A stretch of 64,000 bases of DNA, taken from assembly GCF_001194135.2 (NCBI RefSeq), contig NC_068999.1:18294631-18358630 (forward strand). The letters run 5' to 3'. Position numbers and translations under genes: made by a program. Positions 12,126-25,700 of this stretch are shown one piece after another (position 1 is the stretch's first letter; every line of letters begins with the position of its first letter). Source of the stretch: Octopus bimaculoides (taxonomy: Eukaryota). Under the pieces are notes generated by a model, which saw only the letters and a list, made by a program, of their open reading frames with translations, did not search any database and had not been told where the DNA came from.

Positions 12126-13659
12126 AGAATCATAGTCTTTAAATCACGTATAATTTTTTTTTCAGTCCAAGTCTCCAAGCTTGTTGCAAGAACCATAAAT
12201 TAAACAATACAGAATATATGACTTCATCATTAACAAGGCATTTGCAGTGTGAAGTGTGTGGTTATTCAATAAAAACACTGCTTTAACAATAATTCGCATG
12301 TGCTTATATTTTATACGTATGGACGTCTTTGTGTTATAGTCAGTATGTTTTATGTAACATTAGGAATACGCCTATAAATATATACATTCTAGGAAAGCTG
12401 TGTATAATATATAGATTGATTATATTAAATATGGTCACAATTTCAGATATTAAGTTAAATAGAATTACAAATGTTTTAATGCTTTTAATATAACAGATCA
12501 AATACATTCAGATTTACCGAATTATTTTTCAAATTTCAACGGAAATTTCATGATACGTTTTAAATTCAAAGAATGAATATCTGCTAAGAGAAAAAATGTC
12601 AGCTCTTATATCACAAGTAAAGGTGTAAAGTTGATATTATTCCCTCAAAAAATCACTTGCTTTTATAAAAAGATAAAAGAATTTTGAAAATTCAGAATTT
12701 ACACGCGCTTTTACTCATTTTGATGTGAACAACACAGAAAACCGCGTATTCACGCATACGTAAGTGCTATACATTAGTACATATATACATACATGCATAC
12801 ACATGCATATATATATATATANNNNNNNNNNNNNNNNNNNNNNNNNNNNNNNNNNNNNNNNNNNNNNNNNNNNNNNNNNNNNNNNNNNNNNNNNNNNNNN
12901 NNNNNNNNNNNNNNNNNNNNNNNNNNNNNNNNNNNNNNNNNNNNNNNNNNNNNNNNNNNNNNNNNNNNNNNNNNNNNNNNNNNNNNNNNNNNNNNNNNNN
13001 NNNNNNNNNNNNNNNNNNNNNNNNNNNNNNNNNNNNNNNNNNNNNNNNNNNNNNNNNNNNNNNNNNNNNNNNNNNTATATATATATATATATATATATAT
13101 ATCGGATTATTTGCTTACCACTGAAATAAAGTATTTTTAAGTGAGATTTAATCTCTACAATAGTGCGCATTCCGTTCATGCAAGCAAAGAACACATATCT
13201 CGTTGCTTGATATTCCTTGATATGATTTGATGAATATTTTCCTTTAACCTACGAAACCAGTTCAGTTATATGAATTCGTTATATATGATTGCGTGACGAC
13301 TTTCTTATACAATAAACTACATAGTATGAAACTAGTTTCGCTCAAATTTAACACTCAGATTTTAATTAATTAATCCAAGTGTACATTTCTATATAAAATT
13401 CCAAATATAGGTCACTAAATTGTGGATACTGTCGTGCATTAATTGGCATATATGATATAGATTGATTCAATTATGCATATATATATTCACATTAAGAGAC
13501 ACTGCGCTTATACACCTATTTACATTTATATTTCTCACTACTGCGCTGACGAATTTTATACTTACTTCAAAAGAACTTGTGAAGCATAAGGATAAAATAT
13601 AACTAAAGATTACCTATATGTGTACTTTAATATATGGCTTATTTGCATTAGTACTTACT

Positions 13660-13714
<55 letters not shown>

Positions 13715-14469
13715 TACATATATATATATATACACACATATATATGTATGTATGTAGGCATGCATATGTCTATATACATGTAAATATATATGCTCAATCT
13801 ATAAGTATGTTGTGTATATTTATGCATAAATATATGTGTATATATATATATATANNNNNNNNNNNNNNNNNNNNNNNNNNNNNNNNNNNNNNNNNNNNNN
13901 NNNNNNNNNNNNNNNNNNNNNNNNNNNNNNNNNNNNNNNNNNNNNNNNNNNNNNNNNNNNNNNNNNNNNNNNNNNNNNNNNNNNNNNNNNNNNNNNNNNN
14001 NNNNNNNNNNNNNNNNNNNNNNNNNNNNNNNNNNNNNNNNNNNNNNNNNNNNNNNNNNNNNNNNNNNNNNNNNNNNNNNNNNNNNNNNNNNNNNNNNNNN
14101 NNNNNNNNNNNNNNNNNNNNNNNNNNNNNNNNNNNNNNNNNNNNNNNNNNNNNNNNNNNNNNNNNNNNNNNNNNNNNNNNNNNNNNNNNNNNNNNNNNNN
14201 NNNNNNNNNNNNNNNNNNNNNNNNNNNNNNNNNNNNNNNNNNNNNNNNNNNNNNNNNNNNNNNNNNNNNNNNNNNNNNNNNNNNNNNNNNNNNNNNNNNN
14301 NNNNNNNNNNNNNNNNNNNNNNNNNNNNNNNNNNNNNNNNNNNNNNNNNNNNNNNNNNNNNNNNNNNNNNNNNNNNNNNNNNNNNNNNNNNNNNNNNNNN
14401 NNNNNNNNNNNNNNNNNNNNNNNNNNNNNNNNNNNNNNNNNNNNNNNNNNNNNNNNNNNNNNNNNNGGG

Positions 14470-15460
14470 AGGCTTTTTTTTTTTAGAGATTCATAAGTCG
14501 GAAAGGCGTACGGTTTTGTAATAAGAGCTCTTTCTAGGAAATGCAGCATCACAGACAGCTCCGAATATTAATGGCGTATTTCAGTACAAAGTATCAAATT
14601 GGTTTGCAAATTATCGTTCCGGTAATTTTGACCTCAGAAATGAGCAACGTGATTGACCAGAAACAAAGGTGGATAATAACGAGTCAGATCCATCTCAAAG
14701 CGTCCGCGAATTATCGTTGTCGTTTGGTGTTAGCAAGCAAACAATATTGACTCACCTAGTTCAAATCGGTAAAGTTTAAATTTGGATAAGTCTCTTCCAC
14801 ATGAACTCAATGAAACTCAAAACAGTAAGGTTTGGAAGCCTGCATTATCGTACATTCACCTCAAAAAAATGAATCATGTGATGAGAAATGGATCCTGTAC
14901 AACAACCGTTAACGTTCAGCCCCGAAATCAACATTCATCAAAAGAAGCTGATGGTGTGTGTGTTTTGTGGTGTGTCGCAGGTGCGATCCATTATGATTTC
15001 ATTAAACCTGGCTCATCCATCACAGACGAATTAAACTGGACCAAATTATGCAGAAACTTACAAAGATAACCCTCTAGATTAATAAAAAGATCCACTCCTA
15101 TTTTATTGCGCACACCAACTGCTGACAAGAGCTTCTTATGTGACATATCGACAGACTACAGATCGCAAAAATGACATTGGTGAAACAACAGGATCTGGAG
15201 TTGGAAGTGCTCCATCGTCCATCATACTCACTTGATTTTGCTCCCACTTACTACCACTTCTTCCAGAATTTGGAAAATGTTTGATATGAAAAAAAAAAAT
15301 GTTATTGCGACGATGCTGTAAAAGACGCCCTCCAAGATTTTATGGACTCTAAACTACCAGGTTTTACATTTCCGGACTGGACAAGTAACCGCTGAAATGC
15401 CAAAATTGTATTTATAATATGGGTGCATACAATCATGAATAAAACTAACCCTTGTATTTA
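14470..15460 (+). mobile_element. mariner (DD34D-type) transposase pseudogene
   Basis: WFANYRSGNFDL.NE; THLVQIGKV..LDK/SLPHELNETQ; SCDEKWILYNNR; KKLMVCV; IHYDFIKPGSSIT; LEVLHRPSYSLDFAPTYYHFFQNLEN. Many frameshifts. Confidence 0.9.
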
Positions 15461-15525
15461 TACAACAGTAGCAAATGTTTATTCTTTTCTACAACATTCA
15501 TAGATGTCGACCTAACACACACACA

Positions 15526-15558
<33 letters not shown>

Positions 15559-17325
15559 TTTACAATGCAAACAGGAAGAAAAAAATCCTTTACCACATAT
15601 TTAATACTATATTGCAAATGCTTCCGTACTATTTCAATCTGCAACGCCAGTTATCGTGGAATTCTAAGAATAATCATGTGATGTTTGCGGAGTTAAATAT
15701 TGCAAAGGCACATCCTAAGTCTTGCATCAAAGGTATGCTATTACATTGTGCATCCTTCAGACCTTGTTGTCAGGAATGCATCGAGGGGAATGTATATGTA
15801 TGTCTGCGTATGTGTGTGTCCGTGTATGTACATAGATATATATACATACATACATAAATACATACATACATANNNNNNNNNNNNNNNNNNNNNNNNNNNN
15901 NNNNNNNNNNNNNNNNNNNNNNNNNNNNNNNNNNNNNNNNNNNNNNNNNNNNNNNNNNNNNNNNNNNNNNNNNNNNNNNNNNNNNNNNNNNNNNNNNNNN
16001 NNNNNNNNNNNNNNNNNNNNNNNNNNNNNNNNNNNNNNNNNNNNNNNNNNNNNNNNNNNNNNTAATGATATGCCAACATATGCAGACGTGCATGTTACAT
16101 ATCGCTGTTTTGATTTCTAGTACATTAATTCGCCTAATGCGCTCTTTTAATGGAATTAGATAATTCAAAAGTAAAATATACTATACGAGATTTATTAATT
16201 AATTACATGTCATTAATTTAGTGTTTGAAATCATAATTACATTATCCAGTTTGATTTTACAGATATATCAGTGAAAAATACTGGATGTAAATAATCACTA
16301 TAATACGTAACTTTTTGTGTATCTATAGATGATCACGTTTAAATAGATGCGGACTATGAGATTTTATGAGACGAAAGCAGGAATAATGTGTTAATAACAT
16401 TAATGTATTAAATAATTATGTATGTGCAATGTATATATCATTACATGAAAACATTACATTATATATGCATGCTTTGTTATGTTTTTCGTTATGAATGTTG
16501 CTCGGATATTGATGCTTGCTTAATTATCAATAACAAATGAACGACTTTTAATCATATTCTAAATAGTAAATCGTAGTATGATCGCAAATACTTGTTATGT
16601 TTTTCATAAACTTAACTGTCGTGCATTCTATAGATTTTTGCGTTATAAACATGCATAACTTTATAAAATAACAGACGTACGCATACACAGTGATGTAACA
16701 AATAATATATTATACCCATGTATAAATGAATATATACGTTTGTGTGTGTGTGTGTATACCTATCTATATGTGTGAAAAAATTATNNNNNNNNNNNNNNNN
16801 NNNNNNNNNNNNNNNNNNNNNNNNNNNNNNNNNNNNNNNNNNNNNNNNNNNNNNNNNNNNNNNNNNNNNNNNNNNNNNNNNNNNNNNNNNNNNNNNNNNN
16901 NNNNNNNNNNNNNNNNNNNNNNTATATATATATATATATACATATGCTTTTGTGTTTATGTATGCATGAATGATGTATTCATGTATGTATTAAAAGATTT
17001 TTGATAAAGATATATTGATGCAGAATTATATACCAATATACATACAAACATACAAAAATGGCCACATTTCTACATTGGATGGACACCTCAGTATGCTATA
17101 TTGACATAAATCTGCTCTATTTCTAGTTTTATAATATGAAACAATAGAAGACACTTCAGTAGAAACCGGTCAGTGAATGGAGCAATGATTTAGTTAGGTA
17201 TCAGCTATTGTCCTAATATCTGTTTGGTGGTTAATGAATATTTCGTCGGAGTAAACTAGCGTTCTGTCCACGCTGACATCCTTACATACGTAACGTAAAC
17301 TGCAAGCTAGTGAGATGAGCACTAA

Positions 17326-17349
17326 CTGGGCTGGGTGAACTCTGCTAGT
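17326..17349 (+). mobile_element. Isolated Helitron 3'-terminus-like motif
   Basis: CTGGG-CTGGGTGAACTCTGCTAGT matches the Helitron end at 60876-60903 (CTGGGCAACGCTGGGTGCCTCTGCTAGT) with the CAACG loop missing. Confidence 0.4.
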
Positions 17350-17474
17350 CCCATCTCTCAAAGGAAAAAAAAGGGAAAAAGAGAAAGGATCGTCGGAAAG
17401 TGATCATATCAAAAATTATTACATGAACTGTATCAAGTGGATGTCTATAATCACAGGACAGTTTTGCGAACACT

Positions 17475-17507
<33 letters not shown>

Positions 17508-17694
17508 ACATGCACACACACACACACACAGTTAAACACACACTCACACAAACACCCAAACACAATTACNNNNNNNNNNGCACACACACACACACACAGT
17601 TAAACACACACTCACACAAACACCCAAACACAATTACACGCGCGCTTGCACACTTGTGTATGCACGCATACTCATACACATATATATGGATACA

Positions 17695-18535
17695 AAGAAT
17701 CCGGATGGCAGCTGGTAGTCTGAATCCGTTGAGCACCGGTGATTTTTTTAGCTCAAAAAAGAGGCGGGATTCGAACTGTCATCTGCGGTATCCATCCTGA
17801 TAGCAGGTCTTGCGCTACGGATGCAGCGTTAATGGAATGCAGCGTTATATGCGTTAAAAGAATCGCTTCCGGCCATCTACTGAAGCGTCCCTGACTTACT
17901 TGCTACAGCCCTGCACTATCGATATCTACGTGAGAAAATCGTGTGTAAGGAGAGTTAAGAAGTGCCGAGAGGTGCTTCGATGTGCTTCTGCAACTTAGGT
18001 TTCTGTTTTTGAAGACAACAACAAGACCACACTGTAATTTCACTCCTCATGTTTGGTCAGAAGAATCTAGCTCTAATGAGTATTACTGGGGCCGCGACGC
18101 CAGGATGAATGAGACGGTGCAAAGTATTAAAAACAACCATGTGATGTTTCTCCAGAACGAAAGGACGGGGTGAGTCTGTCGATATGTCACACAATATGCT
18201 CTTGTCAGTAGTTGGTATGGGCAAGTACTTGAAGTTACATGTCGAACATTCAACAAATGTGATATTCAACAAATCCAAAGGAAGCTAAATCTTTCAAACC
18301 AATTGCAGAAGTGGGTGCCAAAGAGTTGACTGGCAAACGGGACAATTTATCCCCAGCAATACTCTGAATTCCGGAGATATGCTGGATATTGCTTGTAAAC
18401 TGGGGAACGGAATCACTGTCTAGTCTCCCTCGAGGCCTTTTCAGGCTTAGTGCGCAAGGTGAAGGTAAGAGGCTTATGATCCACGTAGATAGTGAAATAA
18501 CTTTCTTCGAGGTTGAGGTGATGACGGATACTTAG
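17695..18535 (-). mobile_element. Gypsy LTR-retrotransposon pol fragment (RNase H end, integrase zinc-binding domain, integrase core start)
   Basis: LSIRHHLNLEESYFTIYVDHKPL..QFTSNIQHISG..GDKLSR; ILCDISTDSPRPFV..VFNTLHRLIHPGV..RFF*PNMRSEITVWSCCCLQ.QKPK; RFSHVDID; RWPEAI; FESRLF; GAQRIQTTSCHP. Confidence 0.85.
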
Positions 18536-19790
18536 AACAAAAACTCTACCAGAAAATAGAGGTGATATACAGCACTGAATTTAGGAAGTATATTGAAAGG
18601 CCATGGAGGAGATACCTCGAGGAGTCCTTCATAATCTGGATACCATCTCAAAACACTGTGGAAGAACAATCTACACCCATCCATTCAATTTACAAACGAG
18701 ATGAGCAGTACCAAATTACCATTCCTAGATATAATGGCAATTAAATATAACACCACCCTTACCACAGATATATATTTTAAACATCCCACACTGCCTATCC
18801 AGAAGGATCTGTAGCTTTGTAGAAGATTTGAAGATCACGAATCATCGCCTTATGGAACTGAAAGGATTTCTGCTCAAACAAATATACTTGTCACTACCTA
18901 TAGACAATGGTATTCGGCGGGCTATGAAAATGCCCACACGGCAACTGAGGACAACACAAAGAAGAGAATAACAAATCATACCATTTATAGTGACGCACAA
19001 TCCGTGCCACAAGAACATCTTCAATATCGATAAAGCAAACCTACCAATCATTGCTCAAAGTAAGGAATTAAGATATATCATTACAGACCAAACTATAACT
19101 CTCTGTAAAATACAGCCTAAAAGGTTGAAAAAGTTATCAACAAAGGCAACATTTGACCTTAGCAACAAAGCCCAACCATTCACTGAGTCTACATGCAATG
19201 ATAGCCGATCCGGTACATGCCAATTTAATCTATTCCATGAAATGCCGGAATTGTGAAGAACTGTATGTCAGCCAGAGGCAATGCACTATCAGAATGCTCA
19301 CGTGTGCACCGACAACAAATTAAAAATGCAGAAGTCCGCCAAATACCGCTGACTAAACATTTAGCAACATGTGGCCGGAAAATATTTATAAGATTTCCAT
19401 TTCATAAACTATACATTCCCAATTAAATCGAGAGAAAACTGAGAGAAAAGGACTATATTAATAAATCCCAATGCAAGCTTAATAAACAATGTTAACAAAT
19501 AATCTTATTTAGTGTTTTAAAGTTTTATCTCCACATCTAAAAATAAAAATCCCTAAAAAGTTTTGCAGTCATCTTTTCTAAAAATAAACACTGAAAAATG
19601 GTATGGCATCATTTCTAAAAGTAGCCAAGCAACTACTACTTCAACTCACATGAATGTATATAAAGGACAAAATTGAAGCAGTCAACCACAGTTAAAACCA
19701 ATGAAGAGAACTGTCACCACCTCCATATGAACCTGAAGATTGCATAAATGCAAGAAAGCATACTAGTTCAATAAGAATGAACATTTAATA
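18526..19790 (+). mobile_element. Penelope-like element, 5'-truncated (RT, GIY-YIG endonuclease, 3' terminal region with hammerhead)
   Basis: GYLEQKLYQK..WRRYLEESFIIW; LSRRICSFV..RLMELKGFLLKQ..IDNGIRRA; PFIVTHNP; CNDSRSGTC; KCRNCEELYVSQ (GIY-YIG); KHLATCG. Confidence 0.85.
19728..19770 (+). ncRNA. Minimal type-I hammerhead ribozyme motif
   Basis: Stem I TGAAC/GTTCA; core CTGAAGA; stem II TTGCA-TAAA-TGCAA; GAAA; stem III AG-CATA-CT; cleavage triplet CUA. Confidence 0.75.
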
Positions 19791-19967
19791 TTTCATTTGT
19801 TCAATAATAATAGATAATAAATACTGCATTTCATTTCTTTTTACTATATTATTCTATATTCTACTATATTATTTTTCTATATTCCCTATACACANNNNNN
19901 NNNNNNNNNNNNNNNNNNNNNNNNNNNNNNNNNNNNNNNNNNNNNNNNNNNNNNNNNNNNGTGTGTG

Positions 19968-20850
19968 TATTGGGCCATATCATAAATAATGCGGTCTTTT
20001 ATACTTATTTTTTCCAAGGGTCCTGGCCTGAATGTCCCTTTTATGTCCCTTTTATACAAAATTAAGATAAAGAAAGTTTTTTTTTTGTTTTAATCTAAAA
20101 TATCCTCACCTTCATTTTCTACAATGCTCTTCCATCTAACCTTGCAAGGCTTCCCTTCTTCCACTCCAGTACTGTCCTAACCTCGTCTACAGAATTCATA
20201 TTGTGTCCGTCGAAATTATTAAATGGAATAAGAATGGATTAAATGACAAATGGAATAAATGAGAACGAGATGGGAAAATGGCGGCGAATATGGCGGGTCT
20301 GGCATCGTTTGCCATTCAAACTCTCCCAACTTTTGTAATGTCATCCTATTTGGCCGAGCATTATCCTTATGGAAGAACACTTTTCGTCTTGAAACCAAAT
20401 ACGGTCGCTTGGTGTTGATGGATGAATGAAGGTCCTCTGCTAGTTCCTCAACAGTTATGATGGGATGTTCTTCCAACAGAGTTTGCAGGTCATCATTGGT
20501 GAGCTCTACAGATCTTCTAGGAAGCCCGTCTTGTAGGCTGTAGTTTCCGGCCCGAAATTTCTAGAACCACCGTTGACACTTTTCCAATCCTCATGAATAG
20601 CATTAAAATACCCGGCGCCTTCCTTTGTGTTGCCCTTCTTGCCCTTAATGTTGTTGCCCGTATTGCCCTCATAAAGCAAAATATGCCGAATAGATTCATT
20701 TGTCTCTTTCATCACAGGTTTGAAAGAAAAGCTGTTGATATTGAAATCACTCTTCGAAATGTACACTAAGAAGAAGGACAAGTTAAAATTATTACTTTCT
20801 TTTAGAGCAAGTTGATGCAGGTAGTTTATCCCAATCCCCTCCGACTTTTA
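19968..20850 (-). mobile_element. Internally deleted mariner remnant
   Basis: MKETNESIRHILLY; DDLQTLLEEHPIITVEELAEDLHSS fused directly to NTKRPYLVSRRKVFFHKDNARP..WQTMPDPPYSP; RWKSIVENEGEDILD*. TIR-like TATTGGGCC.. at 19968. Confidence 0.85.
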
Positions 20851-22266
20851 GCTCATACAATCTAAGAAACTCCATTGCTTATGGGATGATATAAATAAAA
20901 ATGGGAAGGAAATATTAGGTGTAGAGAGATATATATTTACACGATGTGTGCATAGGTGTGTACCTTTTTGTTTGCTGGTATCCCCGATGGAACATCGAGT
21001 CACACTTTTGTGGTGCTGAAATTTGGAATTGTTTGAAATTTTCTCGGTGTTTCTATTATACTACCTACTTTCTCTCTGCGTAGCTGTCGTTACGTTGAAT
21101 ACAACTACTGCATTTGTGGCTTGAATCGTTATGATTATTAAGGTCGTAGTATTTGAATTTTATATGCTTTCTGCTATATATGATTTGAAATTATCACTTG
21201 ATCGTAATGATATATGATTACTAATGCTGTATAAAGTTTGGTCGTGATAATATCTTAATAAACTTTTCGTGAGCAATGTCACCAATTCAAACGTCGCGTA
21301 GAAAGGACACAATGTATGCCTTTTTATTTTTGGTGTACTTTTCTCCACATATACGCAAGCAGACAAATACAGAGACATAGAACAGCACTTTATGCATAAG
21401 TAGTTCATACCACTTTATTGAAATATAGATGTACGAAGAATTCTCAAGGCATACTTGGAAGTTATTTAGGCGAACAGAATGTGCATTTTGAGAGCAGCTA
21501 GTGATAATGACAAGCAGAGTTCCTACGAAATTACAATCTAATAGCTTCCGAAATATGACAGCTTGAAGGCAACGGGTAAGAAAGGTCAGTTGTCTGTTTG
21601 GAAAATGATACCATCATAGATAACTCTTTCACTGCAAGAGAAAATGTTTGTGGAATAGTTATCATCTACAAAGTTCAATAATAAAATAAATGTGATGAGA
21701 GTTCTTAAATAATATCTCAATTTTCGTTATCAATGTTATTTCCAATAATATGCCTCTTATCATTACAATTTTACATAAGCAAATATAGAAATAATAATAA
21801 TGTTTCTGCGAGCCATGTACCTTAGACCTACCGTCTGGATATATTTCCGAATCATTCAAACAAACACTTCTCAAATGGCTTGTAGGAATGCTTTAAATAG
21901 CAAGTAAATTCACTTTAGTAAGAAATTTACATCCCCTGAATTAGCACGATTGTGTCTATTAAAATTCCATGAACGCCTTAGGTGATAATCAGCAATATCT
22001 CGACACAAAAGGATTTTTTACTATTCTTTTATTTACATGGTTAGCCCCTTAATTTTCTTAAATTGCATTAATAGAAAAGATAATGTTTATTTATTTTCTC
22101 TTGATTGTTACGTTTTAAATTTAGTAACTCTCTGTGTTCTAACTTTATCTTTGCTACACGGCTGAAATAAATACTTAGTATTTTAGTATATGTATATTTT
22201 CCTATCATTTGCACATCTTTTCATATAAATATTTGCTGAGGAGTTCGAATTATTATCTATTTTTAG

Positions 22267-22305
22267 GACAAGTGCTTCAACATCATGGCTCACCGGTATA
22301 GCTTG
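22267..22305 (+). other. Candidate 39-nt exon
   Basis: ttattatctatttttag|GACAAG..AGCTTG|gtaaat; two frames open (DKCFNIMAHRYSL or TSASTSWLTGIA). Confidence 0.2.
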
Positions 22306-23108
22306 GTAAATAATAGTTGTTTAACGTATATGTTGCTTAGTGAAAGTCATGTATCAAACGAACTCAATAATTAATAATCGCACGGAATCATTAATGTTGG
22401 TATACACAACAAGTCAGCGTGAGAAATAGTTTGACATTATGGGGGCGGTGGGATTTATTTCTGTCAGTCATATGGAGTTCATAGTTCACGATGTGTTTTA
22501 CTTGTTTATTATAGATATAATACGGAAACATTAATTTAATGGATTGGTTTGATGAACGGAAGCGCCTGAAAGTCTTATCGTGAATGATGCTTGTATGATG
22601 ATCCAGACAACTAGGTTCTGTCGTCTATCTATATATTTAGAGAAATATCAGATACATTTAGGTTATAGTTTATAGTAGTCTCCATCTTCAACCAAAGGTG
22701 ACAATTGAGGCAGTAAAGTTATTATTACAATCTCTCTCTGTATTTGCGATGATTCATTATCTTGTATATTTTATGAAAAGATAAAACGTGTGCCACAATT
22801 TAAAACCTGTAGGTTGCGAATTAAACATAATCTAGCTTGTGTATTAAACAGGCCACATGTTTTTGTCACTTATTTGAGGAATCAAGCTACGATTCATTTA
22901 GAGACGAAATGGTAGGGAAAATTATTCGCTGCCGAACGTTAAGGATTTATTTGTCATAAATGTACAGGGGTGGAAAAACCTTATTGTAAGGGGTTAAATT
23001 GACCTTTTATGTTGGTGCATTGTGTTGGTTCATATGTTCCTAATCTATGAGCCTAAAAATCTATTCTGAATTGAGACAAGCTTTACTCCGTACATAAAAT
23101 ATTCGCCG

Positions 23109-23230
23109 AATAAAAGATTTTCTGAAAGGGTCAAATGTTTAAAGAATAACAATTTATTCTGAAAGTTTTAGATGTTTAAGGAATATCAATTTATTCTGAA
23201 AGGATCATATGTTTAAGGAATAAAGATTTA
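23109..23230. repeat. 37-bp minisatellite, about 3.3 copies
   Basis: TCTGAAAG at 23121, 23158 and 23195; unit approx AATAACAATTTATTCTGAAAGGATCAAATGTTTAAGG. Confidence 0.85.
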
Positions 23231-24055
23231 TACACAAGATACACGAACATTTCTGTAGGGGAGGTGTGCTCATCTGAATTTGCTCACTCGATATGAAGAG
23301 AAAAAAAAGTACTCGGCTGATTAGGATATATTTGAAACGATGGAATATAAGATGTGTCAGATGAGAATTCTGTACTAAATTGTGAATGTTCCATTTATTA
23401 GTCTATGAGCTTTGTTAATAAATATCAATTAGTAAAAACAATTTGATATTTTTACATTTAAAATACACAGGCATTACCTTATTACAAATCTTGTACAATG
23501 ACACAATATAGAACATGCATGTGAATCCGCTCAGAAATTAATTGAAATTATAAATACAAACATGTTTAGTTATTCCAGTTTTGTCAGTAATACCAAAGTT
23601 AACTGACATGTATCTTACTCTCATAAAACTATTTGATCTACAGCTAAGTCTGTTAATTTCTCAACTTGTTAACGCGCGTATATTTCTACACACCAACTCT
23701 ATGAAAATCAAACTTTAAATCAGATATTTATTTCTTTACCTACAAATAAGCTTCCAATGTGTTTTAAGCGGTTAGTCTTTATAATATAACATTAATATAA
23801 TTATAAGTACGCACTGCCCTAGTTCTTTTACATAACATTTTATGATGTGATTTTAGACGAATATTTTTACTTATACAACCAAGTTGAGTAAAATGTAAGC
23901 AAAGTTTTGAACCATGAGAAATTTGTACCGGAGTTTTTGCAGAGTTTTGAATTATTTTAAAACATTCTTTGGCAATTGTCAGATAATACAGACTTGCACA
24001 AATGTATCAACAGATTAACATTGATTGTTTTCACCGTTGTTACAATCATCTCGCC

Positions 24056-25494
24056 ACCTGGAGAGGCAAGATGATACCTCCCAACAGCGTCGTAGGGCGT
24101 TGGGCGGAGGAGGGGGCCAGTTAAAATGCTAGGGGTTTGGTTTGGCCCAGACCTCCAGACAGAGAATACTTGGAGAGGGGTGACGAGCAGGGTGACCCAC
24201 CTAACTCAGACTTTGTCTAAGTGCCGGCTATCGCTGAAAGGGTGGAGGTCGCAAGAGTGTTTATTGCTTCTGTGATTTCCTACCACATAACCGCCGTGCA
24301 TTGCCCCCGTTCGTGTCTGATCAAGTTGGAGCGGGTGCTCTTCCGCTTTTTCTGGAGGTGTTGACGTCCTCTTGTAAAGCGGTCTGACTGCTGCCCTCAC
24401 CCTCTAAAGAGTGGTCTAGGAATGCCTTCTTTTTTGATACCCAGACATGCACTGAGGCTGAGGTATCTGTGGATCTACCCGGATGGTGAATAGGTGTGCT
24501 TTCCGTTCGTTCGGTCGTTAGTTCCGGAGCTTACGTATTTGATTGATCTGGGACCTTGAATCAAATGTAGACCAAGGTTGGGTGCTTGGCAAGTGGACTG
24601 TCCTGTCTGTCACACGGGCAATGCCAGCGGCGGGGTTTCCACCTGGTCTTTCTGTAGAGGGTTGGTAGAAGCTAAGTTTGACAACCTTCTGGGAGAGACT
24701 CCAGGTTTCAATGAGCGATATTCAGGCCAGGACCCTTGGAAAACTTCCAGGGATCCCTGGCTTGGCAGTGTTACCAAGGAGCCTTACCTTTTCGCGATAA
24801 ACTCGCAAAGCATAGTGCCCTTTGCGCACCTACGTGTCCAAGATGCGCGTAGGACAGGACAACTAATCTGCAAGCAATTGTGCAATGCCCTCAAAATCTC
24901 TGAGATGTGGGTTTACGTTGAACAACTACTGTCACGGATGGGAAGATTACAGCTGTCTTCCGAGTCGATTGTAAAGATTTTCCCTCCTACCTCTTTTAAC
25001 AAAGAAGGTAAGGCTTGTTTTCTCGCTGTGTTCGCTATAGCAATAAAAGCCGTATGGAAAACCCGCGTGAAAGGAATCGTAACAGGCACATTCATCTCCA
25101 GCCTTGGACTTGTCAATTACAGGCCCGAAAGAAAATCGCATCTCTACCTCCTGCAATGGCACACAGTACAATAGGCAGTATGGAGGAGCGCGGCAAGCAG
25201 GCTGGCAAGGACGCACAAGTGGACGTACAGAAGAATTGAAGACTGTAAGCCAGAAAAAAAAGTGAAAAAACGTGTAGAACGAAAGGTATTAATGTTAACC
25301 CCTATCTTACTTCACCCTGTACCTATCCCACTCTTCCCTACATCCTGCAGATACCAACCCTTACCTTACCCCACTAGACACTGATACTATAGATACACAG
25401 GAGCATCACATTTCCAAACTCCCACAATGGCAATTTTTTTTTTTTTTTGTTACACTGAGTTACTCGATCAGTTGAGCGAGGAAATAAAGAATCT
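24056..25494 (+). mobile_element. Tx1/L1-type LINE, 5'-truncated (RT C-terminus, zf-RVT domain, 3' UTR)
   Basis: GPVKMLGVWFGPDLQ..RLSLKG; SLAWQCYQGALPFRDKL..TCPRCA*..AIVQCP; MWVYVEQLL..AVWKTR. The 3' end has AATAAA at about 25484. Confidence 0.85.
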
Positions 25495-25700
25495 GTACCA
25501 GTGAGTGGTCAGCTCTAAAATGGTTTAAACGATTTTGCAGTGGACTCTGAGCCTTGAAAAATGTGAAGGGTATTGGTCGCCCATCTGCCATCGATGACGG
25601 TCAATTAATGACCGCCATTTAGAAAGATCCACGTAAAAGTACTAGAGAACTAGAAAATGAAATTCAAGTTAGCTGGAAGTACGTTGAAAGAGCTCATCAG
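25495..25700 (+). mobile_element. mariner N-terminal HTH fragment
   Basis: WSALKWFKRFCSGL*ALKNVKGIGRPSAIDDGQL..DPRKSTREL. Confidence 0.75.

Noticed and set aside
17467-17640. Direct repeat either side of a 10-N gap
   Set aside because: Typical unmerged contig overlap (assembly artefact)
17760-17782. tRNA T-loop-like GCGGGATTCGAAC
   Set aside because: It is the antisense of the Gypsy integrase FESRLF motif, with no cloverleaf
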